This document shows positions 1 to 6,626 of a stretch of 43,333 bases of DNA, in pieces. The stretch lies in IMG/VR virus record IMGVR_UViG_3300022837_000002; one strand, written 5' to 3'. Positions within the stretch are counted from its first letter, which is position 1, and each line of letters begins with the position of its first letter. A model generated the notes under the pieces. It was not told the DNA's origin, made no database searches, and saw only the letters and a program-made list of their open reading frames with translations. The position numbers and the translations under genes were made by a program. This DNA comes from a virus.

Positions 1-127
1 CTAGAACTTAAAAAGGTACTGCCTTTAGTCGAATATGATGCTGAATATACATCAGAAGTCTACTGGAGTCTTTCGGCTGAATATCGGGTCGGGCTATGAT
101 CATGACCACGACATGTGGGATGCGCAA
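1..127. repeat. Terminal direct repeat, copy 1. Identical to 43207-43333. Most likely an assembly overlap of a circular or circularly permuted genome.
   Basis: Both ends read ctagaacttaaaaaggtactgcc...catgtgggatgcgcaa. This copy holds the 3' end of CDS 43018..43305, with the stop at 97-99. Confidence 0.9.
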
Positions 128-191
128 AAAGAAGATTGGGTAAAAGTAAAATCTGAAATAGAAAAAAAAAGTAGTCATTTTTATTACACAT

Positions 192-211
192 AACTCGCCC
201 AAAGCGCACAA
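192..211 (+). promoter_or_regulatory. 20-nt intergenic repeat aactcgcccaaagcgcacaa, copy 1, about 60 nt upstream of the ORF at 253
   Basis: The same 20-mer with one mismatch lies at 479-498, about 65 nt upstream of the next gene. Confidence 0.45.
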
Positions 212-252
212 AACAGCGCAATTTTTAACACAAAACCGAGAAATAAAATGTT

Positions 253-468
253 ATGGAACAAAAAGAACAAGAATTTAAAACAGCTAAAGAAATGATTAAT
301 TGGTTAATAGATAATCAAGGTATTGAATTAGCAGATGGTTATGGTCGAAGATGGAAGTATGAAAACTTTAATTTCTACTTTAAAGATATTGGGAGAAATG
401 ATACATACAAAGAAGGCATTAGCTGTTTGCATTTATACGGAACACCTATTGGAATAGTAGGAGCTTAG
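253..468 (+). CDS. hypothetical protein (71 aa)
   Basis: ORF in the co-directional early block. No recognisable motif. Confidence 0.5.
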   Translation: MEQKEQEFKTAKEMINWLIDNQGIELADGYGRRWKYENFNFYFKDIGRNDTYKEGISCLHLYGTPIGIVGA

Positions 469-478
469 TATTAATGAC

Positions 479-498
479 AACTCGCCCAAAGTGCACAA
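479..498 (+). promoter_or_regulatory. 20-nt intergenic repeat aactcgcccaaagtgcacaa, copy 2, upstream of the resolvase gene
   Basis: 19 of 20 identical to 192-211. The position relative to the downstream start codon is the same. Confidence 0.45.
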
Positions 499-544
499 CA
501 ACAACCCTAGTAGCCTTTAACAACAAACAAAATCAAACACCAAA

Positions 545-985
545 ATGAAAAACATACTTGCCCTTGATATAGCCACTAAAACAGGCTGGAAAACCCGCAC
601 ATCAAGCGGAACATGGAACCTTAAGCCAAACAGAGGTGAAAGCGAAGGAATGAGAGTAGTCCGCTTTAAAGCCAAAGTAGCCGAACTAATCAAAATAGAA
701 GAAATCAACCTCGTAGCCTATGAGCGACCCGCAGGTATGCACAAATCTAGCATCATGGTGGCCTCAGAAATGGTAGGCGTCCTAAAAGACCTTTGCATTA
801 GCCAACAAGTTGACATAGCCTGCTACTCCGCTTCCGAAATAAAAAAAGCAGCAACCGGAAAGGGAAACGCAAACAAACAAGCTATGATTGATAAAGCCCA
901 AGAACTAGGCTACAATCCCATAGACGACAACGAAGCCGACGCTATCCACCTATACCTGCTAACGGCTAAAGAAATCAATCCATGA
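545..985 (+). CDS. RuvC-like Holliday junction resolvase
   Basis: 146 aa. Has an N-terminal ILALDIATKTGW acidic motif, LVAYERPA, and a C-terminal DDNEADAIHL, which is the RuvC-type D/E/D/D pattern. Confidence 0.75.
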   Translation: MKNILALDIATKTGWKTRTSSGTWNLKPNRGESEGMRVVRFKAKVAELIKIEEINLVAYERPAGMHKSSIMVASEMVGVLKDLCISQQVDIACYSASEIKKAATGKGNANKQAMIDKAQELGYNPIDDNEADAIHLYLLTAKEINP

Positions 986-1095
986 GCACCATAGCCGTTA
1001 TAACCATAGCCATCTTAAGCCAATGTATTCTCGTTTCATTAGGCCTTTGGATAAAGCAAAAATTTACCAAACCACCTAACAACGATTTTTTTTAA
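982..1095 (+). CDS. small hydrophobic protein, 37 aa (MSTIAVITIAILSQCILVSLGLWIKQKFTKPPNNDFF). Not in the ORF track.
   Basis: Its ATG overlaps the resolvase stop (ATGA). One predicted transmembrane stretch, followed by a hairpin. Confidence 0.3.
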   Translation: MSTIAVITIAILSQCILVSLGLWIKQKFTKPPNNDFF

Positions 1096-1100
1096 CCATA

Positions 1101-1119
1101 AAAACTACATATCGTAGTT
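1101..1119 (+). promoter_or_regulatory. AAAACTAC-N4-YGTWGTT motif, copy 1 (aaaactac atat cgtagtt)
   Basis: Perfect palindrome arms. One of 5-6 intergenic copies (3499, 8914, 24796 minus, 40332, and a partial one at 7093 minus). Confidence 0.5.
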
Positions 1120-1189
1120 TTTTTCCTACTTTACTACCTCTTACTATCAGACTAACCTAGCATAAAGGTTATGATCCAATGAACTACAG

Positions 1190-1223
1190 GCCGCTAGAAT
1201 GACTATCTAGACGGCTTTTTTTT
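1190..1223 (+). terminator. Intrinsic terminator-like hairpin plus T8, 18 nt upstream of the terL start
   Basis: Stem 1190-1197 pairs with 1207-1215 (8 bp, one bulged A). 9-nt loop, then tttttttt at 1216-1223. Confidence 0.6.
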
Positions 1224-1241
1224 ATCCAAAATCTCAACACC

Positions 1242-2747
1242 ATGTACTCACCTCAACAACAATTAATAGCCAAACTCAAAGCAAACCCCCTCTCATTCGG
1301 TAAAGTCATTATGCCCGATATGTTCAGCGACAAAAGCCCACCATTCCATAAGGCTATGATCAAAGCCTACCTAGACCCCACTACTAACAAAGTAAACATC
1401 CAAGCGCCCAGAGGACACGCCAAAACATCCGTCATGGGTGGCATCGTTCCCCTTCACCACCTCATTTTTGGACCCACAAAAACCAAATTCATCATCCTAA
1501 TATCTAAAACCCAAAAACACGCTAAACGACTCCTTCTTACCATCAAAAATACCCTAGAATACTCCGAAAACTTCCGAAAACTCTTTGGCTACTACGGCGA
1601 ACACTCCGCAAGCAAATGGACAGATGAAGAAATTCACCTCAAAGACGGCTCCGTTATAGCAGCCTTCGGAACCGGTCAACAAATTAGAGGACTAAAAAAT
1701 ATACACCAACGACCAACCCTAATTATCCTAGACGACCCAGAAGACGAAAATAATACCAAAACAGCCGAAGCCATGAAAGCTAATTTAGACTGGCTCCTAA
1801 AAGGTCTTGACCCCGCCGTAGATATAAAACATGGTAAAATAATCGTCATAGGTACACCCCTTCACCAATTATGTATGGTCGAATCCCTTCGTAACTATAA
1901 ACGTTGGAAATCCCTTCACTTCTCAGCCGAACTAGACCCCGATCGTAAACTAAGCCTTTGGCCAGAAAGGTATCCCTGGACAGAACTCCAAGCCATACGA
2001 CAAGACTACGAAACCAATAACCGCCTTTCCGTCTACTTCCAAGAATACCTTTGCTCCATAATACCCGACGACGATCGCCTATTTAAACCCGAATACATGC
2101 GATACTATACCCTAGTAAGCCTAAACACCAATAACCCCCGTAAAGCAACCATAACATTCCAAAAAACTGACAAAAATGGACTCCCTCACTCAAACCCAGA
2201 AACACACCCCTGCTCCATCTTCTGCGGCATAGACCCCGCCACATCAACAAACGCTAAAGCAGACTACACCGTAATCCTTTCCATCGCAATCATCCCAGAC
2301 GGACGAATACTAGTCCTACCCTACATACGCGCACGAATGGCCCCATCAGATACCATCGAAGCCATCGTTAAACACTACAAACGATACAAACCCATAATCA
2401 CATCCCTAGAAGCAACAGGCGCTCAAGAAACATTCCGAGACATCCTAAGAAAACGTAAAGACGTAAACATACCAGGCCTAAACGTTAAACACCTTCCAAA
2501 AGAATCTAAGAAAAAAAGACACCTCGACGTCCTAGAACCACCATTCAGCCAATTCCTTATAACCATACAACCCTCCATGAAAACCCTCTACGAGGAAGCC
2601 ATAACACACCCAAAAGGACGACACGACGACATCCTAGACGGACTATACTACGCCACCCTAAGAGCACAAAAACCTAAACATACACAAACATCACCCAACG
2701 AATTAACCCCAAAAAAACCTAAAACAGATACTTTCATGGGCGCATGA
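1242..2747 (+). CDS. terL: terminase large subunit
   Basis: 501 aa. Walker A-like APRGHAKTS, Walker B LIILDDPED, and a C-terminal RNaseH-like nuclease motif FCGIDPATS. Confidence 0.9.
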   Translation: MYSPQQQLIAKLKANPLSFGKVIMPDMFSDKSPPFHKAMIKAYLDPTTNKVNIQAPRGHAKTSVMGGIVPLHHLIFGPTKTKFIILISKTQKHAKRLLLTIKNTLEYSENFRKLFGYYGEHSASKWTDEEIHLKDGSVIAAFGTGQQIRGLKNIHQRPTLIILDDPEDENNTKTAEAMKANLDWLLKGLDPAVDIKHGKIIVIGTPLHQLCMVESLRNYKRWKSLHFSAELDPDRKLSLWPERYPWTELQAIRQDYETNNRLSVYFQEYLCSIIPDDDRLFKPEYMRYYTLVSLNTNNPRKATITFQKTDKNGLPHSNPETHPCSIFCGIDPATSTNAKADYTVILSIAIIPDGRILVLPYIRARMAPSDTIEAIVKHYKRYKPIITSLEATGAQETFRDILRKRKDVNIPGLNVKHLPKESKKKRHLDVLEPPFSQFLITIQPSMKTLYEEAITHPKGRHDDILDGLYYATLRAQKPKHTQTSPNELTPKKPKTDTFMGA

Positions 2748-2946
2748 AAAACCCCTCCCATTTATCCCAACTCAACTTTACACACACACGGGAGACCATT
2801 TTTTTTTACAAAAAATTTTTTTACCCATACCCAATTATAACACAATCATAACCCCATATAAAACCAAACCCCTCTCAAACCATTTAAAGCCACATCTATA
2901 CAACAGCTAATACAACCCAAAACCCCAAATTAACACTACTCCGTGT

Positions 2947-2986
2947 GCGGGTGATACGCACTAACACCCGTCCCCTCTTTTTTCGG
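2947..2986 (+). terminator. Possible intrinsic terminator downstream of terL
   Basis: Stem cgggtg 2948-2953 pairs with cacccg 2965-2970, followed by tcccctctttttt. The T tract is interrupted and the loop is 11 nt. Confidence 0.4.
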
Positions 2987-3495
2987 CTTACCTACCACCT
3001 TTACCCGTTGAAAATTACGTTGAACTAATCAAAGCGAACAGTACTATACGCTACTAAATGCCGATACAGTAGAATAAAAGACTTTTTAGCGTAGTAACGA
3101 ATAAACAAAAGTGCCCCTATTCAATTTAAACGATATTATACTATACTAGTTTACATAATCATATTTATACGACTATTAACCACAGTAAGCAAAAAGCGAA
3201 TAAGAATACAAGCCAGTATATACAGCATATAGCGCTAAATATGCGCATTAAAGCACTTTAAAGCGTCTTTTTACTGCTCTTATGTCCGCCCAAAATTAAT
3301 GAAGTAGAAGACACAAAGCACTCTTACAAATAACTAATGAATAACACACCTTTAAAAGGTAGTAAATGAATAATGGTGCTGATCTTTTTTTTTTACTTGT
3401 AGTAGTTAGTTAGTGTTATGTATGTAAGAGATGTTGTAAGAAACAACCGCCAGCGCTTGTTAAAGATATGTTTTTATATTTTTTATTGTAAAGAC

Positions 3496-3524
3496 TTGAC
3501 AACTACAAATAGTTGTTTTATATT
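3496..3524 (+). promoter_or_regulatory. Near-consensus sigma70 promoter TTGACA-N17-TATATT for the ArdC/RadC operon. Its spacer contains motif copy acaactac aaat agttgtt (3499-3517).
   Basis: -35 at 3496-3501, exactly 17 nt of spacer, -10 at 3519-3524, about 75 nt upstream of the ATG at 3599. Confidence 0.6.
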
Positions 3525-3574
3525 GCTCCTAGTTGCTTAAATAAAGCAGCCCAAAAAACACCAAACAAGGCTTA

Positions 3575-3597
3575 ACCAGCCAAAAACAAGAGCTAAA
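3575..3597 (+). promoter_or_regulatory. 23-nt leader repeat accagccaaaaacaagagctaaa, copy 1, immediately 5' of the ArdC start
   Basis: Identical 23-mer at 4578-4600. The flanking about 55 nt are also similar. Confidence 0.6.
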
Positions 3598-3598
3598 C

Positions 3599-4525
3599 AT
3601 GAAAAAATCTAACTACATAAAAAAAGACTATTACCAAACTATTACAGACAAGCTTATAAATGCAATCGAAAAAGCGGACGCTAATAATTGGGTAATGCCA
3701 TGGACGGGCGCAACGGGAAACCCGACGCGTTCAACGGGTGAATACTACAGGGGAGTAAATCATTTAGTACTAATGATCGAAGCAGAAGAAAAAGGTTTCT
3801 CTAATCCTAATTGGTTCACATTCAAGCAAGCAAAAGATTTAGGAGCGCAAGTAAAGAAAGGGGAAAAAGGTTCTCCAGTAGTGTATTATAAGTCTTTGAA
3901 AATTGACAGCGACGGAAAACCCGGGACAGTTGATGCGAAAGGCAACTATGTAAATAAAGAAGGTCAGTATACTATTCCACTATTAAAGGGATATACAGTA
4001 TTTAACGCAGATCAAATAGAAAATCTACCTGCGAAGTATGAAGTAAAGCCACCAGTTTTGAACGAAATTGAGCGAGACGCAAAAGCTGAAAAGCTAATAA
4101 GCGCAACGGGTGCAAAGATAACCCACAAAGTAGGAAGCAGAGCATACTACTCACCGAGCGAAGACTGTATAACCTTACCGATGGCAGAGCAGTTCAAGAC
4201 AAAAGAAGGCTATTATAGCACGTTGTTTCATGAGTTAATCCATTGGACTAAAGGCGACGAAAGAACGGGTAGAACAAAAAAATCAGGTGCTCAGGCGTAC
4301 GCATTTGAAGAGCTAGTAGCCGAAATAGGAACGTCTTTTATATGTAATAAACTGCAAATAAGCAGTAAAGAGCAATTAAAGCAAAATGCAAGCTATTTAA
4401 AATCTTGGTTACAACATCTTAAGAACGATAATAAATTCATTTTTAAAGCAGCAGCAGCAGCATCAGCAGCAGCCGAATTTATTTACAGCACAGAAATATC
4501 TATAAAAGAAACTGTAGCAGCCTAA
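3599..4525 (+). CDS. ardC: ArdC-like antirestriction protein: ArdC-N ssDNA-binding domain plus a zincin metallopeptidase (MPTase-PolyVal type)
   Basis: Motifs MPWTGATGNPTRSTGEYYRGVNHLVL and WFTFKQAKDLGAQVKKGEKG are ArdC-N-like. Motifs FHELIHWT (HExxH) and EELVAEIG are protease-like. Confidence 0.8.
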   Translation: MKKSNYIKKDYYQTITDKLINAIEKADANNWVMPWTGATGNPTRSTGEYYRGVNHLVLMIEAEEKGFSNPNWFTFKQAKDLGAQVKKGEKGSPVVYYKSLKIDSDGKPGTVDAKGNYVNKEGQYTIPLLKGYTVFNADQIENLPAKYEVKPPVLNEIERDAKAEKLISATGAKITHKVGSRAYYSPSEDCITLPMAEQFKTKEGYYSTLFHELIHWTKGDERTGRTKKSGAQAYAFEELVAEIGTSFICNKLQISSKEQLKQNASYLKSWLQHLKNDNKFIFKAAAAASAAAEFIYSTEISIKETVAA

Positions 4526-4536
4526 ATTCAATAAAT

Positions 4537-4555
4537 AGGGCTGAGAAGCAGCCCT
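4537..4555 (+). other. Perfect 7-bp hairpin agggctg-agaag-cagccct between ardC and the radC-like gene, with no T-run
   Basis: Read directly. It sits just 5' of the repeated leader. Confidence 0.5.
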
Positions 4556-4577
4556 ATAAACACCAAACAACGGCCTC

Positions 4578-4600
4578 ACCAGCCAAAAACAAGAGCTAAA
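4578..4600 (+). promoter_or_regulatory. 23-nt leader repeat, copy 2, immediately 5' of the RadC-like start
   Basis: Identical to 3575-3597. Confidence 0.6.
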
Positions 4601-4604
4601 AAAA

Positions 4605-5096
4605 ATGGATTTATTCAACCAGCTAAACGAGCTAAACGACCGAGCTTTACCAGCTTACAAACTGCCGAAAATAAAAGTAAGCTTTGCAAGAGAAGAAAAT
4701 AAAGTAGCTAAAAAGTTTTCTAGTTCACGTGAAGCAGCATCAATAGCGCGCGCATATTTAAAAGAATTAGGAACTCTTCAAATGCAAGAGAGTTTTTTAA
4801 TAATGCCGACGGATAGTAAATTAAAACCGTTGGGTATAATTGAAGTATCAAGAGGGTCTATAAATGCAACGCTTGTTGATATAAGAATAGTACTAGGTCT
4901 TTGCTTAGTATGTAATGCCGTGGGGTTTATCGCATTTCACAACCACCCGAGCGGTAATTTGTCGGCTAGTACAGAAGATAAGAATCTTACAAAAAATCTA
5001 GATAAGGCAAGTAAAATTATGGATATAAAGCTAGTTGATCATATAATCGTGACGGAAGCAGGCCACACTTCATTTAAAGACGAAGGTTTATTCTAA
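4605..5096 (+). CDS. radC: RadC-like JAB/MPN-domain protein
   Basis: 163 aa with the JAMM signature HNHPSGNLSASTEDKNLT (HxHPxG...S..D). Confidence 0.8.
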   Translation: MDLFNQLNELNDRALPAYKLPKIKVSFAREENKVAKKFSSSREAASIARAYLKELGTLQMQESFLIMPTDSKLKPLGIIEVSRGSINATLVDIRIVLGLCLVCNAVGFIAFHNHPSGNLSASTEDKNLTKNLDKASKIMDIKLVDHIIVTEAGHTSFKDEGLF

Positions 5097-5395
5097 TGAG
5101 TAAAGAAATAGGATTAACTATACTAAAACAGCTAGGGGGCAACCGCTTTCTGGCTATGACGGGCGCGAAAGGTTTAAACGTACAAGATAATGGCTTTGCG
5201 TTTAGACTGCCTAGAAACGCTAAAGACGGCATCAATTACGTTCAAATTTCGCTGAACGGGTTAGACCTTTACGATCTTGAGTTCAAGTCAATATGGAGAG
5301 GTAGAATAAAAGTCGTAAAAAGCTTCACAGACATTTACGACGATCAGCTAAAAGAGCTATTCACAGAAACAACGGGCTTAAATACAAGCTTATAA
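5096..5395 (+). CDS. hypothetical protein (99 aa), translationally coupled to the radC-like gene
   Basis: Its ATG overlaps the upstream stop (TAATG). No motif recognised. Confidence 0.55.
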   Translation: MSKEIGLTILKQLGGNRFLAMTGAKGLNVQDNGFAFRLPRNAKDGINYVQISLNGLDLYDLEFKSIWRGRIKVVKSFTDIYDDQLKELFTETTGLNTSL

Positions 5396-5423
5396 ACAAA
5401 ATCAGGGATAAAGAGGTAAAAAA

Positions 5424-5633
5424 ATGAGTACTAAACCGACTATATATAATTTTGGTGTATATGTTACTAATTACGCCAACCCCAACCCCACCCCCTCAAT
5501 AGTAGCTAAGGTAGTAAAAATGGGGGATGCTAATATAATAGCTTTCGCACTAACGAAAGCCGTAATAACTTCTCCTGTAACGTACAGCGTTAAACCCTTG
5601 TGTAACTCTAGGGTAATGGCAAAACAAAAGTAA
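5424..5633 (+). CDS. hypothetical protein (69 aa)
   Basis: An aaagagg Shine-Dalgarno lies 8 nt upstream of the ATG. Preferred over the antisense ORF 5471..5665. Confidence 0.45.
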   Translation: MSTKPTIYNFGVYVTNYANPNPTPSIVAKVVKMGDANIIAFALTKAVITSPVTYSVKPLCNSRVMAKQK

Positions 5634-5740
5634 ATGCTGACGTTTAGTATATGGTGAGTAGCCAACCACTAACTGAGCTACGAAGAACAAATGTTTAATC
5701 GGCTATTCACTATATTTTGTGTTAGCATTAGTTAATTATT

Positions 5741-6121
5741 ATGAAAAAGATACTATTAAATTTCGCAGACTATTCAGAAGCTTTGGAATGGAGTGAAAAA
5801 AAAGCAAAGAACTACAAATCAATGAATGATTTTTACACTTCCGATGAATATAAATCAGCATATCCATTGATTCGTAAAATGTATGAGGTAGAGCAAACTA
5901 ATTTTGCAAAAAAAGCCAAGTCAGAACTAAAAAAATCAGGTCTTAAAATATCAGATAAAGTAGTATATTATTTTGTAAGCCCGTTTTTTAATGTTACAAA
6001 TTATTCAGGAAATATTATTGAACGAAATGAAATACCGTATGTAAAATTAGATTTAGGGCAAAAAACAATGTCAGGTAAAAAATCTGTTAGGTGGCATAAG
6101 GGATTCGTGAAGTCTAATTAA
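5741..6121 (+). CDS. hypothetical protein (126 aa)
   Basis: ORF in the co-directional accessory arm. Confidence 0.5.
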   Translation: MKKILLNFADYSEALEWSEKKAKNYKSMNDFYTSDEYKSAYPLIRKMYEVEQTNFAKKAKSELKKSGLKISDKVVYYFVSPFFNVTNYSGNIIERNEIPYVKLDLGQKTMSGKKSVRWHKGFVKSN

Positions 6122-6212
6122 TGCAAAAAAAGAAGTAACCGAACTAACAAAGAAAATTAAATTAGCTCAAACGCTTTGGGCTTAATACAAAACACCAAAC
6201 CAAACCAAACCA

Positions 6213-6452
6213 ATGAACACAATTACAATTCCCGACACGTTAGAAGGCATTAACATAAATATTTATACTAATGCTTTGGAGGTTTACGAAGGTCGTAAAC
6301 TTTTAGGTAGGTTACACACTCACAAACCGAACGTAGTGGCTGAGATAGTTAGACTAGGATGCGCCCAAAGGCACATGACGTACACAGCGACAACATTCCC
6401 GCAAAAGTGCGCTATTCCACCAGCGCCCAAAGGGCTATTTAAGTTTTGGTAA
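6213..6452 (+). CDS. hypothetical protein (79 aa)
   Basis: ORF preceded by the leader acaccaaaccaaaccaaaccaATG. Confidence 0.45.
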   Translation: MNTITIPDTLEGININIYTNALEVYEGRKLLGRLHTHKPNVVAEIVRLGCAQRHMTYTATTFPQKCAIPPAPKGLFKFW

Positions 6453-6486
6453 AAAAAAAGCCCCTTAAGAATGATTAAAAGGGGCT
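6451..6486 (-). terminator. Intrinsic terminator for the minus-strand lipoprotein transcript
   Basis: Stem agcccctt 6459-6466 pairs with aaggggct 6479-6486. On the minus strand it is followed by a T-run, the complement of the A-run at 6451-6458. Confidence 0.6.
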
Positions 6487-6593
6487 ATAAGCTGCTTATT
6501 CAGCAGTATAATTATAACATAATGAACGAGTATAACTATTCATTCATTAAGTAGCAATAAGAAATTCTAACAGCTCTTGTTAGATGTTTGGAA

Positions 6594-6626
6594 AGCTCCC
6601 TGTTGGTTTCAGGGGGCTATTTTTTT
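6594..6626 (+). terminator. Intrinsic terminator for the plus-strand accessory operon
   Basis: Stem agctccctg pairs with cagggggct with one mismatch, followed by attttttt. Confidence 0.5.

Noticed and set aside
1-127. The 127-bp ends as biological direct terminal repeats
   Set aside because: The length matches a typical maximum assembler k-mer, and the repeat cuts through a CDS rather than an intergenic terminal region. Read-level data are needed to be sure.
8-708. Minus-strand ORFs 8..211 and 517..708
   Set aside because: They are antisense to a co-directional plus-strand block. 8..211 spans the terminal repeat and an intergenic region. 517..708 overlaps the resolvase gene start.
5471-5665. 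Minus-strand 64-aa ORF overlapping ORF 5424..5633
   Set aside because: The plus-strand ORF has a good aaagagg ribosome-binding site at proper spacing and matches the operon direction. Neither ORF has functional support, so confidence stays low.
6190-6215. CA-rich, Shine-Dalgarno-less leaders (acaccaaaccaaacc...) as evidence for a Bacteroidetes-type host
   Set aside because: Many other genes have clear Shine-Dalgarno sequences: aaggtg before the scaffold gene, aaggggg before 23690, aggtgg before 24166, and aaagagg before 5424. The host evidently uses SD-dependent initiation, so no host assignment is made.
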